From Felis catus (taxonomy: Eukaryota), in NCBI RefSeq assembly GCF_018350175.1, contig NC_058368.1, forward strand, positions 131,194,001 to 131,258,000: a DNA stretch of 64,000 nt, in the 5' to 3' direction. Within the stretch, counting starts at the first letter, position 1. Each line of letters opens with the position of its first letter. Below are positions 49,580-61,893 of this stretch, in pieces. Made by a program: the position numbers and the translations under genes. Under the pieces are notes generated by a model. The model had not been told where the DNA came from. It ran no database searches and saw only the letters and a program-made list of their open reading frames with translations.

Positions 49580-50890
49580 TTTCCTTTCAGAACTTGAACA
49601 ATATAGTTCCATTGTCTTCTGGCTTACATTGTTTCTGATGAGAAGTAGAGCTCATTCATACTGTTGCTCTCTTATAAGTAACCTGTCTTTGTCTGTAGCT
49701 TCTAAAAATTTCCCCTTTATCTTTGATTTTTAGCAGTTTGGCTACGATGTGCCTACATGCGGTTTTTGTTATGTTTAATCTGCTTGGGGTTTGTTAAGTG
49801 TCTTGGGTCTCTGGGTTCATAACTGTCAGATTTGGAGAACTGTGATGATTATTTATTCAAACATTTCTTTGTCTTTCTCCTCTCTTTCTGCTACTCAAAA
49901 TTAATGAAGGTAAGACCATCTGATAGTGTCCCTCAGGTCCCGAGTCTCTTCATCTGTTGTCCTTATTGTTTTGTTCTGTGCTTCAGCTTGAGTGGTTTCT
50001 ATTAGTCTGTTGGAAAGTTTCCTGCTCCGTAGCTTCTCTAGTATGTCACATACCATTGAAAATAGATTAAGGACAATTTATTTTGTAGTCTCAATTTATC
50101 AGAGATTGTCTGTATTATACCCACATTAAAAAAAAAAAATTCTCAGACATTTTAGTAGCAGTTGTGAAGTCCTTGAATACTAATTTCCACATCTGTGACA
50201 CCTCTGTGTTTGTTGATTGTTACTTCTCATCATAGATGACATACTCTTGTTTTGTAATCTGTGCCAAACATTTTGACTGGTAAGATTTTTAGAGTTTAAA
50301 TTTATCTTACTTCAGAGTGTACTGAGATGTATGCTGTCATTTAGTCAGTATCTATAGATGGGTCAACTTGTCCTGTGGAAACTTGGTTTTAGGCTTTGTT
50401 AGAGCATGTAGAGTGTCCCTCATTTGAAGACTAGGTTAGCCCTAGTCATAAAGTGTGGCTTTTCTGGGATAGCAATGAAATATCCAGGGTTTTCAGTGAA
50501 GTTTCTACACTAACTTCAATCCTATTGTCTCCCAGAACAATGTATTATCTAGAATCTATGTTCAGCTCACCATTCCCTAATAGCTGCTTGTTTTCCAAGT
50601 CTCATGGAGTCTTGTTCTGACCTTACTGACAGCTGAGTATTCAGCCAAATATTCAGGGGGATCCTTCAGTGACTTTATGTATGCTCTTGTCTACGTAGCT
50701 CCTTTTACTTTAAATTTCTGCCCTACAGATCTCCCTCACCTCAGCTGTTCCAGATCCTATCTCCTTATTTTTCACAGCTAGACTGTTGATCTCTTTGTTT
50801 CCCACCTAAAAATACAGTTTGGAGAGTGTCTTCAAGCAGAAAGCTGGGGTTAACTATCTAACGTGTTTTTCCATTACCCATAGACCATAG
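49580..50890 (-). mobile_element. Old L1 ORF1/5' region
   Basis: TTCCATTGTCTTCTGGCTTACATTGTTTCTGATGAGAAGT...TTTAGCAGTTTGGCTACGATGTGCCTA is a typical antisense ORF1 block. Confidence 0.7.
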
Positions 50891-51416
50891 CTTTCCAGGA
50901 TCCAAATTCATTCTGTCTGGCTTTAGAGTGTGTGTTCTAATGGAGAGCCTGGAAATAGTGTTTGGAGATTGCTTTTTTCAGGGCCTCAATTTCCTGAAAT
51001 GAAAATGAAAAAAAAAAAAATAGGTTTATGTCGGAAGCCATGGGCAGGTGTATTACATGCCTAGTGACAAAGAAACGGAACATGGTGTTATATAACCATG
51101 GTGCTAGCAAGCAATAACTTACTTTAGTCTCATCTCCAGCCAAACAGTACAATAGTTTTTTTTTTTTTGTTTTTCTGACCTTGTGGCTTGTTCAATCATG
51201 CAGCCTTACCTATAAGCACTCAACATCAGAGTCCCCTCCATGACAAAGTGGAGATACTGTGAGGAGCAGCAGCAACTCAGTAATTTGTGTCCTTGATGTC
51301 ACTTATCCTGTTTCTTGGGCCAGAAATAAACCACAGTGAAAGTAACTTCAGGGAAGCCCATGTCATATTTGTCAGTCTTTTATCCTAGTCCTTTACGGTC
51401 TTAGCTAATACAGTTA

Positions 51417-51542
51417 AGTAGGCTCAGCACTGTCAGCACAGAGCCCAGCTGTACAGGGCTCAGTGTCATGAACACTGAGATAATGACCTGAGTTGAAATC
51501 AAGAGTCAGGACCCTTAACCAACTAACCCATCCAGGCACCCC
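51417..51542 (-). mobile_element. Tail-less Can-SINE fragment
   Basis: Head and middle only. Confidence 0.85.
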
Positions 51543-51996
51543 ACAGTCTCTAATTCTCTCACCACCTACATGATCAATCCTATCCTCTACATTTAATTTA
51601 AACTAAGAGGTGCTATCAGGGAAAAAATAATACGTGCAGCTGAATGCAATGGACGTGGAGGTTAGCCTGAGATAGTGTTTTTTAGTTCTATGTGTGCCTG
51701 CAACTGAGAAAGGAGATCTGCATTAAGGTGGAACAAGCATTTACAGACAAGCAGAAGGAAAACACCAAAAGCTTTATAAAAGCTGGATGTATAAGCCATG
51801 TTTTCTGGTTTCCCCGTTCCTAGTTTTACAAGTGTACCTGTATTTCGTTTTTATACCCTTGAAGTTGCCTATGGAATCCTTGAAATTAATATTGCTTCAT
51901 AGGGACTAGTTTGAATGGCCAACTTCCTGGTAATTAATATTCCCTAACTAAGATGCTTAACCACCATGGTCTGATTGCCCTTAAAAAAATTAAAAC

Positions 51997-52200
51997 GGGG
52001 CACTTTGTGGCTCAGTCAGTTAAGTGTTTGATTTCAGCTCAGGTATGATCTCATGGTTCATGAGGTTGAGCCCTGCGTCAGGCTCTGTGCTGACAGCTCG
52101 GAGCCTGGAGCCTGCTTCAGATTCTGTGTCTCCCTCTCTCTCTCTCTCTGCCCCTCCCCTGCTTGCACTCTGTCTCTCTCTCAAAAATAATTTTGTAAAA
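51997..52200 (+). mobile_element. Can-SINE
   Basis: Head/CT/tail. Confidence 0.92.
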
Positions 52201-52726
52201 ATTAGCATGAACTGGCCTCAATTTTAAAAGTTTCTTTGGAAATGATTATCTCTAAAAGCAAAGAGTAGGCCCTCCACCTACCTAAGTAAGATCTGTGGTC
52301 CCTTTGAAAATAAATGAGCCAAGCTAACTAACCATGTTCAAGAAATAAGCAGCTGCCTGGTGTTGCCTTCCTGACTAAGAAACCAGGACCTAGAGGCTGA
52401 TAATACTAAGTAGCTTTTGCTGCTTGAGAATCAGCGTAATCAAATGAAACTGCATAAACTAAAGTGGAAATGGAATCTGCTATTTGGTTTCTGGCGGCAC
52501 ATGTTAATTACCTTTTCGTGAGTTATTAAAATAGCAATAGTTCTGTTTTTTCTGTCCTTTATTCCTATTGTGACACGTATATAATCTTCACCAACAGAGC
52601 TTTTTATGTTTATCCCCATGACCTCCTTAAGCTTCGATTTTTGTCAAGTGTTAATGTACCAAAAGAGAATGAGAAACACTTTATCTCCTTTACCTTATTG
52701 CACTTGCAAGCATTAGAAACACTCAG

Positions 52727-53420
52727 TGTAACTGGCTGTTCGCACCAAGACCTCCCCTGAGACCACCACATCAACTGGCTCTAAACCTAACAGTATCTAT
52801 GGTTTGCACGGCCTTCAGTTCCTTTTAAGGCTGCGATCTCCATGTTCTAGCTGGCTGCCAGTTGAGGGCCTTTCCTGACTTTCAGAGGCCAACCACTTTT
52901 CTTGACTCATGGTTTCCTCCTAGAGCATCAATGCCAGTCACCGTACTGTCTTACTTGTAATCCCTCCCCTTGTCTACTGTCTCTATAACCACATCCTATT
53001 AGATTGGGCCTACCTGGGTAATTCCAGTTGCTCTTCTATGTCAAGATTTTTTTAAATTTTTTTTTATGTTGTATTTATATTTTGAGAGCCAATGACAGTG
53101 TGTGAGTGGGGGAGGGGCAGAGGGAGAGAGGGAGACACAGAATCCAAAGCAGGCTCCAGGCTCTGAGCTGTCAGCACAGAGCCTGATGCGGGGCTCGAAC
53201 CAGTGAACTATGAGATCATGACATGAGCCAAAGTCTGACGCTTCACCCACGAGCCACCCAGGTGCCCCATTCTATGTCAAGATTTTAAAATTTAGTCACA
53301 TCTTCTAAGTCCCCTTTGCCATGTAAAGCAAAGGTTTTGGGATTAAACTATGCACGTTTGCACAGGTTCTGGAATTAGGATACGGACGTTTTTGGAAAGA
53401 CCATTATTCTGCCTACTACA
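52727..53420 (-). mobile_element. MLT1D-like MaLR solo LTR
   Basis: TGTA...CCATTATTCTGCCTACTACA termini; perfect TSD CTCAG at 52722-52726 and 53421-53425. Confidence 0.85.
53051..53268 (-). mobile_element. Can-SINE in LTR
   Basis: TSD TTCTATGTCAAGATTTT at 53034-53050 and 53270-53286. Confidence 0.95.
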
Positions 53421-54764
53421 CTCAGTGAAGTCTAACTCAAGTCTCTGGGGTTTCATCCCAGGCTCAAAACTTAGAATGGTTGGAAAGGATTATGAACAAA
53501 GATTTTGAAACCTCCTTTCCAACATGATTCAAGTAATAAAAATAATATTGTAAGAATACTGTAATATGTTTAAGGACCCTAAGAACTTGGAAACCAGTAA
53601 ATTCATCCATCATAAACCCCTCTTTTGGTCTCCCAGATTAATGTTAGAAGATAGAGGAGAAATTTTTTAGGCTTACTCCAACCTGGTACCTAAATAATAA
53701 AATTCACTCTGCTTAATTTCATTGTAATGAGGAGTCTGAGATTGTTTCCTAGCCTTTAACGCGAGTCACTGTGCTAAGTATGTTATTTTCCCTCCTGTAC
53801 TCCCTAAATCAGAAAAACTGTCAAAATAGTCAGGCATTGCCATTTATAGTCTCTTTCATTCTCAAAAAGAATATCCTCTTGTCTCACCTCTGCTGTACAG
53901 GTATTTTCCATGCCTCCTTCTAGAATGGATACTCCCTAGTGTGCATATAAAAATTTTCCCATACTGTGTCCACTCCCATAGGTTTAGATATATGGTTCTT
54001 TATTTCCTTGACCTTAATCTTTTTTTTCTGGCTCCTTCCAGGTCCCTGATAAACTTTCTGAGCCATTTATCCCTGCATGTTCATCCTACCCTGGGCCCCT
54101 TTTCTCTAAACAGTACCTGAAGCTTTGCCCCTTTGGGGGGTATTCCCCTCTCCCCATACTGTTTCTGGTGTCCCCTGGGTGCAGCTGTTGTTAAATATCA
54201 GTCCATTTTGTGCTTGTACCCCCACAGCAAGTCAACTGATTCATGAACAGAACTTGGTTTGTCACCCCTCCTCTTGGAAGCTAACAGCTGGCTATGGGCA
54301 GTATCTGCCATGAGTCCATAGGTGTGAGCTAAGAAATAAGCACCTGGGTAATAGTGGTAGGTGACAGGGTGTCTGCCACCTGTCCATGCCTGTTACTTAT
54401 GCCTCTCTACTTGATCAAGTCTCTCGAAAGTACTATTTCCACCTTATAATGGATCTTACGATCTTTCTTGCACTACATGGCTGGTTAGGCCCTCCTAACA
54501 TTTTGAATGGAGGGACTTGGCCATTTCCCAGCTCACGATAGGCATCCCCAGCTATATGGTCGCTTAATGTCCCATACTCAGATACCCAATCTCTCCTATG
54601 TCCCAGGAGCATTCTAAGACTTGTTTTGTGACTAGTGTACCCTTTTTTTTTTTTTAAGAAATTGAATAGCCTTTTTTTTTTCCCTTCCAGAATTCTAGGA
54701 TGCTGCTCTGTAACCCTTTTAGTGGAACTTTTCTAGTGGCATCTTTTTCTACCACAGATATTTC

Positions 54765-54890
54765 TGTCTTTTTTAAATTAATTAACTAATTTTTGACAGC
54801 TTTTTTTTTTTGGTTGGACTTTTTTTATTTTTTTGTTTTATTTATTCTCAGGTTAGTTGACGTACAATGTAGTCTTGGCTTCAGGAGTAG
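54765..54890 (-). mobile_element. Carnivore L1 3'-terminal fragment inside the ERV
   Basis: T-rich tail plus GTTAGTTGACGTACAATGTAGTCTTGGCTTCAGGAGTAGA. Confidence 0.65.
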
Positions 54891-55074
54891 ATACTGCTAA
54901 TAACAGAGTTTATTTGACTCAAGTGGAAGAGCTGCTTATACTGAAGCCTCAGCCTGTTAGAGCCTTGTCTTGTTGTGGAGCTCCCTCCAAACTGACAGAC
55001 TTCCATCTTTCCCAGTCAGCAGTCCCAACAACAGTCACAAGCGCAACCTCAAAAAGCCCAAAAGGATTACACCA

Positions 55075-55131
55075 AGCATTTTGCTTCTCTCTTAATGGTA
55101 GAAGAGCATTTTGCTTCTCTCTTAATGCTAG
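55075..55131. repeat. Tandem duplication 2 x 27 bp, period 30
   Basis: AGCATTTTGCTTCTCTCTTAATG(G/C)TAG at 55075-55101 and 55105-55131. Confidence 0.95.
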
Positions 55132-56114
55132 CTCCCTGGACGCCTAACATCTTCACCAATGTAGCAGACCCTTGACATTTGTTAGGATTTATCACCAACG
55201 CCTGGTCTACCTGTGTTTTACCAAGACAGTCTGAAGATTTACAGCTTCTTTCTCATCAGATTTGTTTCAAGTATGCTGTAAATACTTAGACTGAAAGTAG
55301 TGTCCTACAGAATGTCTAGCCTGCCAAGTTTCCTGTCAATTATATTGAATAACAGGTGGAAGAGTTAATACCAACCTGGATACAGACTGTGAGGTATGCT
55401 GTTGGCTCTTCAGCACAAAGACAAATCACTTCTTACTCTTCCTGATGAGTATGGAAAAAATACATTTGCGAATGCATAGCTACAAACCATGCCTTAGGAG
55501 CTTCAGCTGGAGCTACCGCTTGGTGATGTGCGTGATAATACATTGACATATGTCTGGATCCATCCAATTTCTGCAAGCGACTGACCAGTAAATTCAATGG
55601 AGATCTGACTGAGATCTCCTTGCATTATTTAAGCCTTTCAGTGTGATGATAATCTCTGTAATTTTCTCTGGGATGAATTATTATTTGGCTTACTGAATTG
55701 GCAGGCATGTGCCATAGTAAATGGTTGCATGTGCTTTTGGGGGAAGCACTGAAAGAATCAAGTGTATACAGTACTACACACTTTTTTCATGGAGACCCAG
55801 TCCCTCCTTTAGTTGATGGATTCTAGAAATCAAATGGTTCGGAGACAAACTGTAAGGGATCATGACTTTTCACTGGGCAGCTGATATCAGGCTTCTATTC
55901 ATGCAATCCTAATTTATTCTAGAGATGGGTATATATAGTGTCAAGTACAGTCTAGCTTTGGCCTGACCCATGCACCTGTGGGTGGACCAGTATAACCCAA
56001 TAGAAGTATAGTGTGTAAAAAGAAACAGGTGACATTATTTTTAATCCACTTTATTTAATTTCACATATACATAATGTTATTTCAACATGTAATCAGTACT
56101 TTAAAAATTGAGTT

Positions 56115-56278
56115 GTGTGGGTGTCTTGGTCAGTTCAGCACCCAATTTTTGATTTCAGCTCAGGTCATGATCTCGTGGTTCTTGAGTTCGAGCCCTGTGC
56201 CGTGCCTCTTTCCTTCTTTCTCTGCTCCTCACCCACTTGAGTGCATGTGCTCTTTCTCTCTCAAAATAAATAAACTTT
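56115..56278 (+). mobile_element. Older deleted Can-SINE
   Basis: GATTTCAGCTCAGGTCATGATCTC, B box, CT tract, tail. Confidence 0.85.
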
Positions 56279-56503
56279 GGGGCACCTGGGTGGCTCAGTC
56301 GGTTGAGCGTCCAAGTTTCAGCTCAGGTCACGATCTCACAGTTCGTGGGTTCGAGCCCCGCATCAGGCTCTGTGCTGACCTCTTGCTCAGAGCCTGGAGC
56401 CTGCTTCAGATTCTGCGTCTCCCTCTCTCTCTGCCCCTCCCTTGCTCATGCTTTGTCTCACTCTGTTTCTCAAAAATAAATAAATGTAAAAACAAATTTA
56501 AAT
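56279..56503 (+). mobile_element. Can-SINE nested in the previous SINE tail
   Basis: TSD AAATAAATAAACTTT at 56264-56278 and 56504-56518. Confidence 0.94.
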
Positions 56504-56689
56504 AAATAAATAAACTTTAAAAAAACTACTTAAAAAATCATCAATGGCACATTTTACATTCCTTCTTTCTTAGTAAGTTTTTGAAATCTGTATTTTATAC
56601 TTCGGGCACATCTCCATTACATCTAGTCATGTTCAAGGGCTCAGTAGACACATGCAGCTAGAACTGTATTAGAACAACTTTAGACCATA

Positions 56690-56948
56690 AAATGTAACAC
56701 AGAGTTGTCCCACCTTGAGTCAAAGGGACTCAGGTACCTCCATATCAGTCAGTTAGGAGAAAGTAGGGGGAAATGAGTATAAAACTTCCCTAGACATTGC
56801 AGGCTAAAGCAGCTCTCAGTAGTCAAAACCAATTCTCTGAAAAAGGGAATAGCTATATGCCATTTTCCATGGCACTGGAGGCTATTAGGGAATAGGTGCA
56901 TTGTCTGGAAAAGGGGACCTACCTTGGAGCTCCATGGTGTCTACTACA
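56690..56948 (-). mobile_element. LTR33-like ERVL LTR, 5' part
   Basis: CAGAGTTGTCCCACCTTGAG...ATCAGTCAGT...CAATTCTCTGAAAAAGGG...AAAGGGGA...GTCTACTACA. Confidence 0.7.
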
Positions 56949-57184
56949 CCAAGTTAGTTAAGATAGTTTCTGTTACTTGGACCTGAAAATCCTAAGATGC
57001 AACAGCGTATCTAAAATGTGTCTCGCTATCCCATGACCTTATTTTTAAGAAAACTTCCTAATGTGAACTACTCCCCAGAGCTTCAATCTTTGTGCAGTTC
57101 TTAGTAGAGAAAAAGGAAACAGGCAGACCTAATGCATCTACCTGGGTAACTCTGCCAAAAAAAAAAAAAAGCCTTAAGTTAAAG

Positions 57185-57328
57185 CAGTGGCTCTCAAAAC
57201 CTGCTCCCAGAATCACCTGGAAACTTGTCAGAATGAAAATCGAGAAATTCAGGGGGTGGGGGTCAGCAGTCCCTGGGAGAGCCATCCCTCCCAGTGATTC
57301 CGATGTATGCTCAAGACAGAACCATTGA
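57185..57328. mobile_element. MER5-like MITE
   Basis: CAGTGGCTCTCAAA...CAGAATCACCTGG...GTGATTCCGATG...GAACCATTG. Confidence 0.7.
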
Positions 57329-58959
57329 GTTAAATGCATGCTCCCTTGGGGAAGGCAAAACCTCAGCCCTAGCACAGCAAAGGGAGACTCTTGAAATACC
57401 TATGTTCCTTGATGGCTTTACGGAAGCTAGGCTTAGCTGCCTAGATTAACAATCCTAATGCTATATGCACTTTCATGAGAGACCTGAGAAAAGATGGCCT
57501 TCATATTTGATGCATTCATAATTAAGACAGTGTAACTTACTGGTTCTGTATTATAGAATACTTGAGGCTAGTGTTCTATTTTCAGAGTTTAAACAATGAT
57601 TTTGAGTTTGTACCGGATGTATTGCTGTGGGAAAGAGCAGCCCACTATGACACCTGCTGTTGCAATAGACCTAAGGCAAAGTGTCAGAGATACAGAAACG
57701 ACAGACAAAGAGCCATGGCTAAGTCCTCTGCCAAGATGCCCTAGATTGGCTAAAATTCATGGCCAGATACATCTGGGGTGTTCACAAAGTGCTGATTAGT
57801 TTGCTCTTGGGATGCAAGGCTTCCGGTCAAGTTGCAAAGAACAAGCAAGTGAGCAGGAAAGAAAGTATTAGAAGCTAGACACATAAAAGTCATCAAAACG
57901 GAGGCAAGGGACCCACAATGCTTAGATGGACCTTAACTTCAAATAAAGGGGTCTTTATTTAGTTAGTGCTTTTTAGTCACTTAGAGTTGAATCACTAGAG
58001 GGTTTAGAGGACCCAGTTTGAAAAACACCGTATGAAAAGTTTAGCGTGGTTGGTCTTCACTTGTTGCCACAGGGATCAGAGGTACAAGAACACATGCTGT
58101 GATCATATGCAAACTTGTTAGGTAGTGTGGTCTTCTAGGTAATCCTGGAGAAGCTTGGTACTCATTTGTTTGGATTATTAATGAATGTAAAACAATTTAA
58201 AACACTGTCACAGAAAACTTGCAACGCTATCCCCCAAGAATGTCTGGAAAAGTAGCTGAATTTGAGAAACACCATTCTGAATGATTTTTTTCTTGGCTTT
58301 TCTCCCCCACTCTATGAAAATTTAAGAGTCCCTTATTGTGAAGTCTCTTCTAGAATTGCGAGATTAATTTCTTTCTGCAGTCTCTAGTGTGAATGGTTGA
58401 TTTCTTTTCTAATAAAGAAATAACCATAGATGAAAATGTGCCAACTTGATTATAACAACTAGGACATAATGATGACGAAGTGTTTACATACTGAATTTAA
58501 TTAGTATAACGCCAATTCCTGTTCTCAGGATTGCTATCCATCACTGTTACACTCCAATCCCAATCCCTTGTGAAACTGCAAAAGTTGTTGCAAACATTTG
58601 CAGATGTTTCCACTCTGAATGTTTACTAAAATATTAAATAGGCAATACAATATATAAATAGGCTTTTCTCTATTATAATAGCTCTGTTATCCATGATGGC
58701 CCAGTTCAGTATAGTGGCTCACTAAACCCTGATAAACCTAGTCTCCTGCACCATGACTTGCTGAACCATTTTCAAAGAACTAGCACATACTAAAACGTGC
58801 AACATCTAAAGGCTGTAATGAATGAGACACGCAAGTGTATATGTGTGTGTGAGAGCATTTTAGGTACCAGCTGTATGACTGACCTAAAATCATGACCATT
58901 TCCTGTTATTATACTGTTTATGTGTGGGGTGCCTGTTGAAGAGATTACATTTATATCAG

Positions 58960-59125
58960 AATCACATTACCTTCATTTACCGATTGCATGGCTCTGAGCA
59001 AGCCTTTCAGCTTCTTGGTGCTCAGTTTTTTCCTCTGTAAAATTGGAATAATAATACTTCCTGCCTGTGTAAAATAGTTTGAATAGTATCTCACACATGG
59101 TAAGCACTATATAAAAGTGATGGAT
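58960..59125 (+). mobile_element. MIR
   Basis: CTCAGTTTTTTCCTCTGTAAAATTGGAATAATAATAC...CACATGGTAAGCACT. Confidence 0.75.
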
Positions 59126-59199
59126 GTTATTAATAAAATACCAGAACATAAAATGTATTCCATATTTTTTCTAGAGAGATTTACAAACAAATTTGAAGC

Positions 59200-59480
59200 C
59201 AATTTTATAATCTCTCAAGACATGCTTTTGGATAAGATGGGAAAATAAGGCTAAATGACATTTTAATGAAGTGAAATCACTAAAGAATCAAATCATAAGC
59301 ATTTAGATTAGTGGATTGATGTCACTGATCAGGGAAATCTCTACCGTACTTTTTAGTATTCTCTATCTGCTCCTAACCTGTTTAATATATTATCAATGAC
59401 CTGAATAAAGATGAAAAGCATACTTAAATTTTCAAGTAAAATTGAGTTTATGATTACAATGTCTATGTATTATAGAATCA
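59200..59480 (+). mobile_element. CR1/L3 RT relic
   Basis: CTGTTTAATATATTATCAATGACCTG (59378-59403) resembles the LFNIFINDL motif of CR1 RT. Confidence 0.65.
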
Positions 59481-60084
59481 GTGAAAACAATAATAGGAGT
59501 TTCATCTACTGAACACACTGTGATGGGCAATTTATATGCATTATCTATAATCCATAGGATGGTCCTTTGAGTTTGGTATAATTATCTCCCATTGCAGGAC
59601 ATTTGTGATTGCCTACTTTCCTTCTTTTGATGAGAAAGACTTGAGGGAAACCATCTGCCCCGTAATGGCCCCAACCTTAGCTGCAATCCTAGGGGTGCAT
59701 TATGTTTGATAAAAGCAACAGTTATCTGACTGTGGCCTTAATCAACAATATCAGTATGGTCTGCAGCCTTACCAGAAAAAAAAAAAAAAATGGCTGGGCA
59801 ATACCTCAGTTTGACTAAATCAAAAACTCTAGGAGTAGAAACCAAGAAATCTGTGTTTTTCAAAGACTCCAGATGACTGTGATACTTCACTAGTTTGAGA
59901 CTGGTCTAAGCCAATCTTATCACCCTACATATTTAAACATAGTTATATGGTAAAATTCTGGTCAATGACCTATGAAGACAAATCTGAGAGACTTCTAGAA
60001 AACATTTTCTTTGTTTCTTAAAAAGAACATTTGGGGAAAAGGAGTCCCTCTTTTGCTGGTGGACATATTTCTACCTTTATAAAA

Positions 60085-60274
60085 ACAATTATTTTGAGAC
60101 AGAGCACATGAATGGGGGAAAGGGGCACAAAGAGGAGAGAGAGAGAATCCCAAGAAGGCTCTCCACTGTCAGTACAAAGCTTGATGAGGGACTCAGTCCC
60201 ATGAACCATGAGATCATGACCTGAGCCAAAATCAAGAGTCAGATGCTCCACCAAGTGTGCCACCCAGGGTCCCC
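60085..60274 (-). mobile_element. Older Can-SINE within an MLT1-like LTR relic (about 59900-60450)
   Basis: Reverse SINE structure; flanks TTCTGGTCAATGA and GGCAGCCATTTGG are MLT1-like. Confidence 0.88.
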
Positions 60275-60786
60275 ATGTTCCTATCCTCAGTGCATGGAAA
60301 TGTGGCAGCCATTTGGAGTCATAAAGGGAATTGGCCTGAGGAGAACACATGGAATGTCACAAAATGGGAAGACGGAAATAGCCTGAATCTTGATCCTATC
60401 ACTTAACCACCAAATTTACCAAAACTAAAACTGTCTTAGCTCCAGACTTCATTGTTTTTACTGAAGTATAATTGACATACAATGTTATGTTCTACGTTTG
60501 AAATGAATATATTGATTTGATAATTCTATACATTACACATTGCTCACCACACTAAGTATAGTCACAATCTGTCACTACACATCTTTATTACAGTATTATT
60601 GATAATATTCCTTATACTGTACTGTATTTTTCATCACGATGACTTGTAACTAGTAGTAACTTGTTTTATAACTACCTCTTAATCCCATTCATCCTCTTAA
60701 TCCCCTTGATCTATATTGCTTGTGCCCCATTCACCTCCCCTCAGACAACTACGACTTTGTTCTCTGTCTTTGAGTTTGTTGGTTTT

Positions 60787-60985
60787 GGAGTGCCTGGGTG
60801 GTTCTGTCCATTGAGCATCAGTTGGCTCAGGTCATGATCGCATGGTTTGTGGGTTCAAACCCTGCAGTAGGCTCTCTGCTGTCAGCACAGAGCCTGCTTT
60901 GGATCCTCTTTCCCTCTATCTCCCTGCCCCTAGCCCACTCAAGCACTCTCTCTCTCAAAAATAAATAAACATTGTTTTAAAAAAC
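60787..60985 (+). mobile_element. Can-SINE in L1
   Basis: Head/CT/tail. Confidence 0.9.
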
Positions 60986-61390
60986 AGAGTCTCTTGGGTT
61001 TTTTGTTTTATTTTTGTTTAGTTTTGTTTTATATTCCATATATAAGTGAAATTATGTGATGATGTTCTTTGTCTGACTCACTTAGCATAATACCTTCTAG
61101 GTCCAACCATGCTGTCACAAATGATAAGATTTCATTTTTTCTTATGACTGACACTGCAATAAACATAGGGGTGCATGTATCTTTTCCAATTAGTGTTTCT
61201 GTATTCTGGATCAAATGATAGGTCTGTTTTTTTAATTTTTTGAGAGAACTCCAAAGTTTGAGAGAACTCCACAGTTTGCTTTCTCACCAACAGAACACAA
61301 GGGTTCCTTTTTCTCCACATCCTCACCAACACTCGTAATTTCTTGGCCTTTTTGCTATCAGGCATTGTCTCTGGTTTAAGGTGATATCTT

Positions 61391-61619
61391 GGGGCACCTG
61401 GGGGCTCAGTCAGTTAAGCATTCGACTTCAGCTCAGGTCATCATCTCGTGGCTCATGAGTTCGAGCCACACTTGGGCTCAGTGCATCAAGCTCTGTGCTT
61501 ATAACTTGGAGCCTGGACCCTGCTTCAGATTCTGCTCCCCGCCCCCCACCCTTCCCTCACTTGTGCTCACTCTCTCTCTCTCTCTTTCTCAAAAGTGAAT
61601 AAACATTAAAAAAATTATC
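61391..61619 (+). mobile_element. Can-SINE in L1
   Basis: TSD AAGGTGATATCTT at 61378-61390 and 61620-61632. Confidence 0.94.
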
Positions 61620-61893
61620 AAGGTGATATCTTGTTGTTTTGATTTGTATTTTCCTGGTAATTAGTGATATTGAGCATCTTTTCATGTGTCTGTTGGCTCT
61701 ATGTATATTTTCTTTGGAAAAATGTCTCCTCAGGTTTTTGCCCATTTTTTAATTTGAGTGGGGCATTTTTTGTTTGTTTTTGTTTTTGTTTTGTTTTTGG
61801 TGTCTTGTAGGTTCTTTATATATTTCGGATATTGACCCCCTATCAAATATATCATTTACAAATATCTTTTCCCATTCAGTAAGTTGCCTTTTT

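Larger units (their letters stand above)
53880..56000 (-). mobile_element. Decayed class III (ERVL-type) pol relic: RT and RNase H
   Basis: Frameshifted minus-strand remnants resembling AIDLANAFFSIP (about 55445-55481), QQYTFTVLPQGYINSP (55355-55405), EAQRLVGLFGF (55050-55095) and RNase H WFxDGS...KWT (54190-54257), in the correct order. Confidence 0.7.
56016..56682. mobile_element. MER33-like hAT MITE, one end lost, split by two SINEs
   Basis: AAAAGAAACAGGTGA...TTTCAACATGTAATCA...ATTTTACATTC...GCACATCTC...GCTCAGTAGACACATGCAGCTAG. Confidence 0.75.
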
